DNA of 64,000 bases, taken from NCBI GenBank assembly GCA_021648085.1, contig JAKITS010000001.1, positions 541,671 to 605,670 of the forward strand, written 5' to 3'. The position numbers and the translations under genes were made by a program. Source of the DNA: Candidatus Magasanikiibacteriota bacterium (GTDB lineage Bacteria; Patescibacteriota; Patescibacteriia; Magasanikbacterales; UBA922). Below the pieces are notes generated by a model that was not told the origin of the DNA, ran no database searches, and saw only the letters and a program-made list of their open reading frames with translations. Shown here piece after piece: positions 1-9,446 of the stretch; the first letter of the stretch is position 1, and every line of letters begins with the position of its first letter.

Positions 1-1090
1 CTTTTGGAACTAAAACTTTTACATAACTTAAGTACCTACTAGTCCTCCAATCAAACGACCCATTATGGGTATACTCCATATTGACATTTGCCACAAATCT
101 TCCATCTTCTTGTGGAGTTATTGAATATTTCACAATTCTTTCTATAGCATGGTCTGTTTTCAAAGCTCCTAAATTTGCATCTACCCACATTACGTAATCA
201 TCTGATGTGTCTTGCACTCTACCAGCCCAATTCAATCGCTCAATCTGGTCTTGCAATACATCATCACGAGCATAAATTAAGATTTGTTTTTCGTTTGATA
301 ATTTTACCGCTGTATCCAGATATTCTTGCCAATTTAGTATTGCCGTTAATCCCATTTTTTTGAATAATTCTTTCATAAAAATACCAACTATAACCTTTCT
401 ATCTTCCACAGCTATATCTCTATCTTTGTATGCATACTCCACCTCATATTCTAGCTTTCTAGTCACATTTTCACTATCAAAAGTCATCCCATCTACACTT
501 ATAGGGCCTATTATTTTTAATAACTCTTCCAAAACTGTAGGTGTTACACCTATTACACCATCTATTTCCCCTGCTTTATAACCTTGCTCCAACATATAAA
601 GTTCCAATGTTTTTTTAGAGCTTTCCATAAAATCTGGAGACCAATTACTGTCCCTAAACCACCACCTATCTACACCCAAATGATCTGAAAGTGGTTTTGG
701 TGGAACTGGTTTTGGTGTGCTTGGCGCAGAGTGATCTAAATTTTCACTTCCTTCTACTTTTTCTATTTTTACCTTTCCGCCGTCTATAGTCACAACCCCG
801 TAAACTCCTATAAATCCTCCACCGGGACGCAACTCTGTGTTATTTAAAAACAAAAATAAATAAGTTTTTTCCTCACCAAAACCAAGAAGTATTGGTAACA
901 ACCTTGTAAACGAATCTCTGTCTTCTTGTGTCATTATAGTAGCCCCTTCTTTACTTATAAGTTCATTTAAAATTAAATTGTTTATTCTATTATTCACATA
1001 AAAAAATACCACAACAAGAGCCAAAATAATTGCAATAATAACAGCTAAGGTAATTAATAATATTTTTTTTGCTCTTGTTTTTTTAAACAT
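1..1090 (-). CDS. DUF4012-domain membrane-anchored protein (partial; 3' end runs off the window)
   Basis: Not in the ORF track because it has no stop in the window. Manual translation from ATG at 1090 gives MFKKTRAKKILLITLAVIIAIILALVVVFF (TM)...LFLNNTELRPGGGFIG, the DUF4012-type motif. Start overlaps the stop of the upstream GT2 gene. Confidence 0.75.
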   Translation of the reverse strand, partial: MFKKTRAKKILLITLAVIIAIILALVVVFFYVNNRINNLILNELISKEGATIMTQEDRDSFTRLLPILLGFGEEKTYLFLFLNNTELRPGGGFIGVYGVVTIDGGKVKIEKVEGSENLDHSAPSTPKPVPPKPLSDHLGVDRWWFRDSNWSPDFMESSKKTLELYMLEQGYKAGEIDGVIGVTPTVLEELLKIIGPISVDGMTFDSENVTRKLEYEVEYAYKDRDIAVEDRKVIVGIFMKELFKKMGLTAILNWQEYLDTAVKLSNEKQILIYARDDVLQDQIERLNWAGRVQDTSDDYVMWVDANLGALKTDHAIERIVKYSITPQEDGRFVANVNMEYTHNGSFDWRTSRYLSYVKVLVPK

Positions 1091-2597
1091 ATTTTTTATT
1101 ATTTTTTTTAGCTCTTGTTTTTTGTGAGACATTAAATCCTAGATATTTTCCAAACATAAGATGTGTCACAGCATCTATCGCTGGAATTGCACTCACAAAA
1201 ATTAATGAGAGGGGTAAAAGTCCCCACTGTAAGAGCATTATAAGATACTTATATTTAGGTTCACTTTTTGGTTTTTTTGGTAAAAGTGGAAAGCTTAAAA
1301 CAGCAGAAATCAAAAGCCCAGCCATTGCCATAATCATTAACCTCTCCAACAAATGAGGTGCGTTGAAAAACAAGGCACTTTGTTGAACAGACTCTGGCGC
1401 TACCCACATTGGCAAACGCCCCAAAACCGTAATCATAACAGCAACAACACTCCAAGACCATTTACCCTCCCATTCCACAAAAATCCACTTTACTTTTTTC
1501 CACAAAGTTATTTTTTTTCCTTTTTTCTTGAAATTCCAAAGTAAATAAGGAATATGTTCTGTTCCCCAAGCCCAGCGACGCTGTTGTTTATACAAATTCT
1601 TTATACTTGTCCACCATTTTACATCTCGCACAGTGTCCATTGAAACTGGAATATACATTGGAACAACACGGTAGTCACCATTATAATACAAAAAACATTG
1701 GTAAAAAATTCTAGAATCCTCACTAACAATCTCTTTACTGTGAAATCCAGCGTCTACAAGTGCGCTAAAACTCATAGAATGAGATGAGAAAGTTACGAGT
1801 GTATCTTGTTTTGCAAGAGAAGTGAGTGTCCAAAAAGTTGTACCAAAAGCCATAATTCTTAAAATAGAAGGAGACTCCCATATATTATTATTATAAAGCG
1901 CAACTGGTTGATAAGAGCTTCTAGTAGCCTTTGGATTCGTACAATAAAGATAAGTTAAATAAGTAAAATAGTGTTGATGACAGATTGTATCAATATCAAA
2001 AATAGTTACAATCACATTATTATAATTCCACTTTTTTTTGTCTATATATTTTTTAATTTCTTTTTCAGAATAGTTTAAATTTGAACCTTTTCCAGGAATT
2101 TCATCTTGTAGATCTTTTGGGTGAAGTGTACCAATTATATCTCCAAAACAAGATGCAAAATGTTTTTTTGTCTTTTCAAAAATATCCTCAAAATGCAACC
2201 CTTCTCTCTCTTCGCCAGCTATTACAACAGTAAAAAGCTCTGGCGAATGTTTTGAAGCTTTACACAGACTAGTTAGTGCACTTTTTATAACATCCCATTC
2301 CTCATTGTAAACTGTTAAAAAAACCACATGTTTTTTTTCTCTCCAGTTCTCTACTTCATGGTTTAACTTGTCTAGCCAGTCTATTTTTCTAGCAGCTCTA
2401 AAACGAGCCCAAGCAACTGTAAGATAAAATACAAAATGAGCAACTTTTAACACCCAATAAATATCAAATAAAATAATAAAATAAACCATCCAAAGTGGTT
2501 TTGTAAATGACAAAGTAACTCCCAAAATTAAGGTAAGCCAAATAGAGAGTCCTGGCAAAATTTCATACATTCTGTAGCGTTGGTAGTCGCTAAGCAT
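1083..2597 (-). CDS. Membrane glycosyltransferase family 2 (processive type)
   Basis: N- and C-terminal TM segments; motifs GKGSN, DID, SED and QQRRW (QxxRW). Confidence 0.85.
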   Translation of the reverse strand: MLSDYQRYRMYEILPGLSIWLTLILGVTLSFTKPLWMVYFIILFDIYWVLKVAHFVFYLTVAWARFRAARKIDWLDKLNHEVENWREKKHVVFLTVYNEEWDVIKSALTSLCKASKHSPELFTVVIAGEEREGLHFEDIFEKTKKHFASCFGDIIGTLHPKDLQDEIPGKGSNLNYSEKEIKKYIDKKKWNYNNVIVTIFDIDTICHQHYFTYLTYLYCTNPKATRSSYQPVALYNNNIWESPSILRIMAFGTTFWTLTSLAKQDTLVTFSSHSMSFSALVDAGFHSKEIVSEDSRIFYQCFLYYNGDYRVVPMYIPVSMDTVRDVKWWTSIKNLYKQQRRWAWGTEHIPYLLWNFKKKGKKITLWKKVKWIFVEWEGKWSWSVVAVMITVLGRLPMWVAPESVQQSALFFNAPHLLERLMIMAMAGLLISAVLSFPLLPKKPKSEPKYKYLIMLLQWGLLPLSLIFVSAIPAIDAVTHLMFGKYLGFNVSQKTRAKKNNKKYV

Positions 2598-2609
2598 ATT
2601 TTTTATTTA

Positions 2610-3032
2610 CTATTTCCACAATTTAATCTTTAAAATTTTTCTCCAAAATGACTTTTTTCCAATACTAGGTTTTCCACTATAACTAGCAAAAATAAAATCT
2701 CCTTTGTTTTGTTTTTTTAACTTTTTAATAAGTTTTTTTGGTTCTAGACTTTGTTTTTTAGTGATAGCAAGTCCTGGAATGTCTAATACATACAAAAAAC
2801 TGTTTACAACTGTTGTAGCAACACGAGTACTAGTAAAACCGCCAGACCCAACAACTACCATAATACCTTTTAGAGTTTCCTTTTCAATCTTATTATTTTT
2901 AAAAAACTTATCTACAGCTTCTGGAAGTCCGTCTGTATTTCTTTTGTACTCAGTAGAAATCTCTTTTTTCTTTTCATTAAATAACACAAGTTTATTTTTT
3001 TTTCTGTCTGATGGATCAATTAGTAAATACAT
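2610..3032 (-). CDS. tsaB: tRNA threonylcarbamoyladenosine biosynthesis protein TsaB (short form)
   Basis: GIMVVVGSGGFTSTRVA matches the TsaB GPGSFTGxR motif; only the N-terminal half is present. Confidence 0.75.
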   Translation of the reverse strand: MYLLIDPSDRKKNKLVLFNEKKKEISTEYKRNTDGLPEAVDKFFKNNKIEKETLKGIMVVVGSGGFTSTRVATTVVNSFLYVLDIPGLAITKKQSLEPKKLIKKLKKQNKGDFIFASYSGKPSIGKKSFWRKILKIKLWK

Positions 3033-3053
3033 AGTATTATTTAATAAATATAT

Positions 3054-3644
3054 TTACACATTAAGCTCATTCAAAACTTTCATATTTTTTCCTTCTAAAA
3101 TAGAATACAAAAACCTATCCATCACATACCTTCTGTCAAAAAACTCCTCTTCGGACATTAAAGTATAACGAATTTCTGCACTAGTACTTTTTTCATATTT
3201 TGCTATAATTTTTGCCAACACCTGTTCTTTTGCTTTTCCAACCAAAAGTAAGTCTGTATCAGAATCTTCATTTCCAACAAATCTACCAGCTATCACAATA
3301 AGCTTAAACTTTCCTGCTTTTGCTTTTATTTGTTTTACTAAATCTTGTTCACCAGCAATATGTGCCTTTCCAAGTAAAGCATGCATTTCTGGGTAAAAAA
3401 CACAACTTTTATCTATTTGATAATACTTACGCAAACTAGAAGCACTTCCAGTTTTTTGCTGTGTATTTGCAACTTCCTCTATAAGGCCAACTTTAATAAG
3501 AAGATTTATCTCTCTTCTCACTGCATTTATATGTGATTCTATCTCTCTCGTAAGCTCTCGAATAAAAAATATCTTATCGGGCTCACGAAAAAAAGTTTTC
3601 AAAAGTTTTAATCTGGTCTTTGAACCAAAAAGATGTTCAAGCAT
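3054..3644 (-). CDS. Winged-HTH protein with C-terminal nucleotidyltransferase-like domain
   Basis: LFGSKTRLKLL...IRELTR...NAVRREI...GLI (HTH) followed by GRF...SDTDLLLVG (polbeta-like DxD). Confidence 0.65.
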   Translation of the reverse strand: MLEHLFGSKTRLKLLKTFFREPDKIFFIRELTREIESHINAVRREINLLIKVGLIEEVANTQQKTGSASSLRKYYQIDKSCVFYPEMHALLGKAHIAGEQDLVKQIKAKAGKFKLIVIAGRFVGNEDSDTDLLLVGKAKEQVLAKIIAKYEKSTSAEIRYTLMSEEEFFDRRYVMDRFLYSILEGKNMKVLNELNV

Positions 3645-3722
3645 AGTTTTCTTTCACTGTTTTATTAAATATAGTATAATATGGTTGTGCTAAGTAGTCA
3701 AAGATAATTTTTATATTCCATT

Positions 3723-5897
3723 ATGATTAGTTCCGTTGAACTGCGTGAATTTTTTGTTTGTGGAACTTATTCAGAGACACAACACTCACTCTTACATATA
3801 AGTGAGCCTGAAAGCCCTGAGGAAAAAGACAAAGGGTATTTTTTTGCTATTGCAGAAATTAGAGAATCTACAAAAAAAGAAATAGAAAAAATTCAAGAAT
3901 TAATAAATGAAATAGAAATACTTTACTATAAAAGTGATGTTGGAAGTCATAGAGAAAACTTTGAAAAAATACTACAAAAAATAAACGAAGACGAAAAATT
4001 TGAAAAATTAAAAAAATCAAATATGGATCTTTTTGTGGCTGTTATGCGTGGGCACAGTATTTCTTTTGCACACAGAGGAACACCAAATGTTTTACTTTTT
4101 CATAATTCACACAACTCACTTCACCGAAAAAAACTTATTGAAAAAGATTTAGAGCAAAACTCAGACAAAATATTTTCCACAGTTGTAGAAGGAAAAGTAC
4201 ACTCTAAAAATTATTTTTATATATCAACCCCAAATGTAAGTGAAGTTTTTTCAAACGATAGAATACAAAAACTTCTCACATCTAGAACTGTAGAACAAAC
4301 AATAAAACACATTCAAAAAGTTTTAGAATCTATGTCAGATGGCTCATCTTACGGTGGAATTATTTGCAAAGTTCTAAACAGTGAAAACCAAATAGAGGAT
4401 GAACACAAAAAAACAGGATCAATCGAATCTATCGAACAGATGATAGACCACGAAAAAAACACACAAGAAACATTATCACCATCTTTTTTCTCAAACAGTA
4501 TAAACGAACTCAAAAAAATATTTTCACCACCTCATTTCAAACAAGACGATGAAAATATAAATTCCCCAAAAGCGAGACATCAAAATCAAAACACATCTAC
4601 AATAAATATGGTTTTGGTTACCACAGGAAAAGCCTTAGTTATAACATTTTTAGCAATATTTAGGATTATAAAATTTATAGCATTATTTACTTATAGACTA
4701 TTTTCTACTATATTTTTTCTTATCACAAAACCAAGTAAGAGAAACGAAACAAAAGAAAAGTGGAGAAAATATATTAACCATAAAAAACACTATTTCAAAA
4801 CAATGTCGATTCTGCACAAAATACTTCTTACACTTTTAATTATTCTTACAGCTACATTCATTGGAAGTATTGTTTTTATGAGAGTACAGACACAGCAAGA
4901 GCTAGAAAGGCAAATTTATGTTGGTCAAATACAAGAAATTATAAATAAACAAATAGAAGCTGAATCCAGTATTATTTATAAAGATGAAAAAACAGCTTTC
5001 AATTTATTAAAAGAAGCTGAAGAAATAATAAATAATCTGCCAAGTGAAAATAAAATTCAAGAGCAGAAAAAAGAAGAGTTAATAGCAGATTTAGATGTAA
5101 TATTTAGAAAACTTCGTAAAATAGAAATTGTAAAAGCAGATATTTTTGCAGAGCTTCCAGACGCTCGCATAAACAAACTAGAATTTATAGACAATATTTT
5201 AATTGCGTACAACAAAGATATTAAAACTTTATACAAAATAAATCTCGGAACAAAACAAATAGAAACACAGGAATACAATGAAACTTTTGATTTTACCCAA
5301 AGCACAGTACCAAAAGAAAATGATAAGATATTATTTTTAGATGATAACAACTCCATAATAGAATACGACAGAAAAACATCTTCCATCATATCTCAAGATA
5401 TTTCTTACCAAAAAGATAATCCCAACATAAGTAATATATTTATTTATAATCAAAGATTATATTCAATAGATATAAATTCTAGTGAAATTTATAAACACAA
5501 CGAGACACAAACAGGCTACGACAAAGGTGCACTTTGGCTAAAGCAAGATGTAGACTTGAGTGACGCTGTAGACTTGGCGATTGATTCTAGTCTTTATGTT
5601 CTAAAGTTAAATGGAGAATTGTTGAAATTTTCTAGCGGAGTTCAAGAGGAATTTTCCATAAATATGATAGATCCAGCGATGGAAGAGCCAACTCAAATGT
5701 GGACATATTCAGATGTGGATGAGATATTTATCCTAGAACCAAAACAAAAAAGAATTGTGATAATAGACAAAGGTGGGGTGCTGTTAAAACAATACACTTC
5801 TCTAGATTGGCAAAATCCAACCAGCATGAGCGTGGACATAGACAATAAGAAATTATATGTGATTGATAGTGGTAAGGTTTATAAGATTAATTTGTAA
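3723..5897 (+). CDS. Membrane protein: degenerate PP2C-like N-domain, TM segments, C-terminal beta-propeller
   Basis: 724-aa ORF with central hydrophobic segments and C-terminal propeller-like repeats (DLAID..LYVL, IFILEP..KRIVIIDK.G, MSVD...LYVID). PP2C-like assignment is by eye. Confidence 0.55.
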   Translation: MISSVELREFFVCGTYSETQHSLLHISEPESPEEKDKGYFFAIAEIRESTKKEIEKIQELINEIEILYYKSDVGSHRENFEKILQKINEDEKFEKLKKSNMDLFVAVMRGHSISFAHRGTPNVLLFHNSHNSLHRKKLIEKDLEQNSDKIFSTVVEGKVHSKNYFYISTPNVSEVFSNDRIQKLLTSRTVEQTIKHIQKVLESMSDGSSYGGIICKVLNSENQIEDEHKKTGSIESIEQMIDHEKNTQETLSPSFFSNSINELKKIFSPPHFKQDDENINSPKARHQNQNTSTINMVLVTTGKALVITFLAIFRIIKFIALFTYRLFSTIFFLITKPSKRNETKEKWRKYINHKKHYFKTMSILHKILLTLLIILTATFIGSIVFMRVQTQQELERQIYVGQIQEIINKQIEAESSIIYKDEKTAFNLLKEAEEIINNLPSENKIQEQKKEELIADLDVIFRKLRKIEIVKADIFAELPDARINKLEFIDNILIAYNKDIKTLYKINLGTKQIETQEYNETFDFTQSTVPKENDKILFLDDNNSIIEYDRKTSSIISQDISYQKDNPNISNIFIYNQRLYSIDINSSEIYKHNETQTGYDKGALWLKQDVDLSDAVDLAIDSSLYVLKLNGELLKFSSGVQEEFSINMIDPAMEEPTQMWTYSDVDEIFILEPKQKRIVIIDKGGVLLKQYTSLDWQNPTSMSVDIDNKKLYVIDSGKVYKINL

Positions 5898-5947
5898 AAA
5901 AAATAAATTAAAAAAAGAGATGAAAAATAAATCACCTCTTTTTGTTT

Positions 5948-6592
5948 TTATACTTGCAGTTTCGAAAGATCATCGTCGACAAGAGGAAATATATTATAAA
6001 CATAATCCAATTCCCTATCACTCAAATTTTCTTCCAATAGAATATTTACTGCCCACCGTTTCAACTCTTTACTATAATGACCACAACGAACAATTGTAAT
6101 TAGTTCAAATTTTCCAGTTCCAGTTAATTTACCATCTCTAAAAAATCTTTGTTCCAATTCTTTTGTCACTTTTCTAATAAACTTTGGAAAATCACTAGCA
6201 ATGAGACAAAGTAGTCGCAAATAAACATCTTCTGGTTTCTTCATTTTTCTATTTGCAATTCGCTTGCGAAACTCTGGAACACAAGTATAAATAGAAATTA
6301 AATCATAATAAATACTAATATTCTTTTTTGCCTCATTCATAAACACGCGCCAAGCAGATTCACGAATTTCTGGTCTTCTCATATAAAAAACCATATGGTC
6401 AATCCAATACTGATATTCTTTTCCATCTCTTTCTTTGCGTTTAAGAATTTCTTTCCATACAAGCCTTATAAATAAAATATGATCTTGTGCATCTCTAATC
6501 TCTCGATTAAGAGCGCAAATATCAGGTCTTCTTATCAAATAATTTCCATATTTTTCTTCAGAAAACTGACATTGTGTATCCTCTGTATGCAT
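5948..6592 (-). CDS. Orphan helical protein (boxA/SD class)
   Basis: Start moved from 6631 to ATG 6592, which follows SD AGAGGAG (6601-6607) and GTTCATTTACA (6613-6623). Confidence 0.65.
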   Translation of the reverse strand: MHTEDTQCQFSEEKYGNYLIRRPDICALNREIRDAQDHILFIRLVWKEILKRKERDGKEYQYWIDHMVFYMRRPEIRESAWRVFMNEAKKNISIYYDLISIYTCVPEFRKRIANRKMKKPEDVYLRLLCLIASDFPKFIRKVTKELEQRFFRDGKLTGTGKFELITIVRCGHYSKELKRWAVNILLEENLSDRELDYVYNIFPLVDDDLSKLQV

Positions 6593-6651
6593 TTTAAATT
6601 CTCCTCTTTGGCTGTAAATGAACGAATACATCTTAGCACATAATTAAACAA

Positions 6652-6680
6652 AAAACAATCCCAAAAGGGATTGTTTTTTG
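6652..6680. terminator. Intrinsic terminator after rplL
   Basis: AAAACAATCCC-AAAA-GGGATTGTTTTTT hairpin with A/T tails. Confidence 0.75.
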
Positions 6681-6696
6681 TTTATTTGAAAAAAGT

Positions 6697-7161
6697 TTAC
6701 TTAAGTTCAACTTTTCCACCAGCTTCTTCAATTTGTGCTTTCATTGCTTCGGCCTCTTCTTTTTTAACATTTTCTTTGATTACAGATGGAGCATTATCTA
6801 CCAACCCTTTTGCATCTGCAAGTCCAAGACCTGTGATAACTTTAACCGCTTTAATTACTGCAATTTTAGTTGCACCAAAATCAGTTAATTCTACATTAAA
6901 TTCAGACTTTTCCTCTACTGCAGGTGCTTCAGCACCACCAAGTGCAGGACCAGCCATCATCATTGCAGGAGCAGCTGCGCTTACTCCAAATTTGTCTTCC
7001 AAAACTTTTACAAGTTCTGATAACTCAATTACAGACAATGTTTCGATAGTTTTTACCAAGTCTGCAAATTTTGCAGGAACTTCTACTGAAGTTTCCTCAA
7101 CTTTTGTCTCTTCTACAGGAGTTACCTCTACTGTTTCTTCTACTTTTTTTTCTTCTGTCAT
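6697..7161 (-). CDS. rplL: 50S ribosomal protein L7/L12
   Basis: [42 protein letters not shown]; acidic N-terminal extension. Confidence 0.98.
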   Translation of the reverse strand: MTEEKKVEETVEVTPVEETKVEETSVEVPAKFADLVKTIETLSVIELSELVKVLEDKFGVSAAAPAMMMAGPALGGAEAPAVEEKSEFNVELTDFGATKIAVIKAVKVITGLGLADAKGLVDNAPSVIKENVKKEEAEAMKAQIEEAGGKVELK

Positions 7162-7233
7162 ATTATTTATTTAGAAATTATCACCGAACACACCTCCATT
7201 TCTGAAATTATGTTTGGTTTATAATTTCAATAT

Positions 7234-7761
7234 TTAAGCTTCGCTTTTTGAATCTTTAATCGCATTTAGAACGTTAACAACTGAGCGTAAATTTCCTGCA
7301 AGCACATTTACGAATCCAGAAATTGGAGCGTTAATTGTACCAACCAACTGAGCATAAAGCTGTTGTTTGCTAGGTAATTTAGCAAGTGCCTCTACTTGGA
7401 GTGCTTCAATGAATTTTCCCTCCAAAACTCCACCGAAAACTTTAACAATTTCATAATCTTTTGCAAAATTTGAAACTATTTGTGCAGGTGCAACTTCGTC
7501 GTTTGTTCCAAAAAATACTGCCACACCACCGTCGAAAATCTTTGAATCGATTTCCAAGCCAGCTTCAGCTGCAGCTTTTTTGACTAAAGTTTTTTTACTA
7601 ATTAAACATTTAACACCCTCTACTCTACACTTGTCTCGCAATTCATCTGTCTGACCCACTGTCAAACCTTGAAAATTTGCAAAAACAACTGATTTAGAGT
7701 TTTTAATTCCGTCTGTCAAACGTTCCATTGTACTTTCTTTTTGTTGTCTAGTTTTTGCCAT
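7234..7761 (-). CDS. rplJ: 50S ribosomal protein L10
   Basis: FQGLTV...LR...KKTL, LAKLPSKQQLYAQLVG; directly upstream of rplL. Confidence 0.97.
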   Translation of the reverse strand: MAKTRQQKESTMERLTDGIKNSKSVVFANFQGLTVGQTDELRDKCRVEGVKCLISKKTLVKKAAAEAGLEIDSKIFDGGVAVFFGTNDEVAPAQIVSNFAKDYEIVKVFGGVLEGKFIEALQVEALAKLPSKQQLYAQLVGTINAPISGFVNVLAGNLRSVVNVLNAIKDSKSEA

Positions 7762-7769
7762 ATTTTATA

Positions 7770-8073
7770 ATAAAAAAACTGTGACAAACTTTGCCACAGA
7801 CATATGGAATTTTATTCCCTATAAAGTATTCGACCTAATAAAGCTAAAATTAGCTTTCAATACCTCGGTAGCGTGTTTAATTCCGAACAAGAACTTATTT
7901 GAAATCTTTTTTTGAATCAATTTTATTATATTTTGAGCGAAAATCTTATAAAAAAGTGAAATATAACGGGGCTATATTGAGCTTTTTTAGAAGATTTGTA
8001 GCCAGAATAGAATGAATTGAACAAAAAAAGATTTCAAATAAGTTCTTAAGCCAGAAAGCTACTGTCTATGGTT
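7770..8073 (-). ncRNA. Ribosomal protein L10 leader (autoregulatory RNA) carrying an inserted palindrome
   Basis: Minus strand reads CCATAGACAGTAGC...TTAA...GCTACCGAGG, then a terminator hairpin CTGTGGCAAAGTTTGTCACAG-T7 before rplJ; promoter TTGACT-17-TAATAT upstream (about 8091-8119). Confidence 0.75.
7889..8047. mobile_element. ~160-bp palindromic MITE-like element, family A
   Basis: Perfect 26-bp terminal inverted repeat AAGAACTTATTTGAAATCTTTTTTTG; homologous to 37669-37830. Confidence 0.75.
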
Positions 8074-8127
8074 AAGTTTTGTTTGACTCCATATTACCTT
8101 ATTAAAAAAATAAAGTCAAGGAGTTTG

Positions 8128-8199
8128 TACCGCCAAGGGGAATCGAACCCCTGTTACCGGGATGAAAACCCGGCGTCCTAACCACTAGACGATGGCGGC
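8128..8199 (-). tRNA. tRNA-Glu(TTC)
   Basis: GCCGCCATCGTCTAGTGGTTAGGAC...CCGGG-TTTTCAT-CCCGG...GGTTCGATTCCCCTTGGCGGTA; CCA not encoded. Confidence 0.96.
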
Positions 8200-8234
8200 A
8201 TTAAAATTTACATACAAACTTTAAATACACGAAA

Positions 8235-8263
8235 ATTATACTATATTTCACTACTTTTGTCAA
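8235..8263 (-). promoter_or_regulatory. Consensus sigma70 promoter of tRNA-Glu
   Basis: TTGACA-17 bp-TATAAT on the minus strand. Confidence 0.8.
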
Positions 8264-8331
8264 GATTATACAATAAAACCCTTTATTTTTTGCTTATTTT
8301 AAGTTATTATAAAAATAAAGATATTACATAA

Positions 8332-9342
8332 ATGAAAATTTTAGCAATAGAAACATCTTGCGATGAAACATCAGTCGCTTTGGTTGAGTTTAAAAACTCA
8401 AAAATAAATGTGCTTGCAGAAAAAACTGCAAGCCAGATTGATATACACAAAAAATATGGTGGAGTTGTGCCAGAGGTTGCAGGTCGCAAACATGCTGAAT
8501 TTATTTTACCAACCGTAAAAGAAGTTTTAGGCGGGCAACCAAAACCAGATGTAATAGTTTCTGCAAATGGCCCAGGGCTTATTACAGGACTTATCATTGG
8601 GGTAGAAACCGCAAAAATGCTTTCTATACTTTTAAAAATTCCAATAGTTTCTACAAACCATATGGAAGGTCATATTTATTCTGCACTTTTGGAGGAAAAA
8701 GATTTGGATGCAATCAAATTCCCTGCACTTGCACTAATAGCTTCTGGTGGGCATTCTGAATTGATAATTATGAAGGACAATCTGTCTTATGAAAAAATTG
8801 GTAAAACTCGTGACGACGCTGCAGGAGAATGTTTTGATAAGGTTGGAACACTTCTAGGTTTTGAATATCCAGGTGGCCCAAAGGTCTCTAAATCAGCTTT
8901 AAAAGGAGATCCGACAGCGATAGACCTACCAAGACCAATGATAAAAAGTGATAACTTTGATTTTAGTTTTGCAGGACTCAAGACTGCATCTTTATATTAT
9001 TTGCAAAAAAATAAAAGAGTAAATAAAGCAGATTTTGCTGCAAGTTTTGAGCAGGCTGTGGTAGATGTGCTAGTTTCCAAAACAATGCGTGCAGCTATAA
9101 AATACAAACCAAAAACTATTATTTTGGCAGGTGGAGTGAGTGCAAACCAAAAACTTAGAGATACTTTAAAAAAAGAAATAGAAACAAATTTTCCAAAAAC
9201 AAAATTCCTACTTCCACCACAAGAATACACCACCGACAATGCCGTAATGGTCGCAGTCGCAGGATATTTTAAAGCAAAAAACAAACAATATACTCCTTGG
9301 AAAAAACTGAAAGCTGAACCAAATTGGGAATTGGGAGAATAG
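8332..9342 (+). CDS. tsaD: tRNA N6-adenosine threonylcarbamoyltransferase TsaD
   Basis: ILAIETSCDETS, GGVVPEVA, NHMEGH, TRDDAAGECFDK, FSFAGLKT, TDNAVM. Confidence 0.98.
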   Translation: MKILAIETSCDETSVALVEFKNSKINVLAEKTASQIDIHKKYGGVVPEVAGRKHAEFILPTVKEVLGGQPKPDVIVSANGPGLITGLIIGVETAKMLSILLKIPIVSTNHMEGHIYSALLEEKDLDAIKFPALALIASGGHSELIIMKDNLSYEKIGKTRDDAAGECFDKVGTLLGFEYPGGPKVSKSALKGDPTAIDLPRPMIKSDNFDFSFAGLKTASLYYLQKNKRVNKADFAASFEQAVVDVLVSKTMRAAIKYKPKTIILAGGVSANQKLRDTLKKEIETNFPKTKFLLPPQEYTTDNAVMVAVAGYFKAKNKQYTPWKKLKAEPNWELGE

Positions 9343-9398
9343 AAGCGTTCTAATTGTTCAATCACTTCGCTCGTTCGAAATGTTCTAGTCGTAAAAAC

Positions 9399-9428
9399 AA
9401 AAAAACCAGTAGAAATACTGGTTTTTTT
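9399..9428. terminator. Bidirectional terminator between tsaD and dnaE (repeated ACCAGTA-TTTC-TACTGGT family)
   Basis: AAAAAAACCAGTAGAAATACTGGTTTTTTT; the same hairpin recurs at 13642, 35767, 36217 and 37459. Confidence 0.8.
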
Positions 9429-9446
9429 AATATTAAATTTAAAACA

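Noticed and set aside
175-581. Short + strand ORFs 175-363 and 360-581
   Set aside because: Antisense shadows of the minus-strand DUF4012 gene, which the ORF track missed because it is truncated.
7070-7161. VEET-repeat N-terminal extension of L7/L12
   Set aside because: Short low-complexity tail with no evidence of special function.
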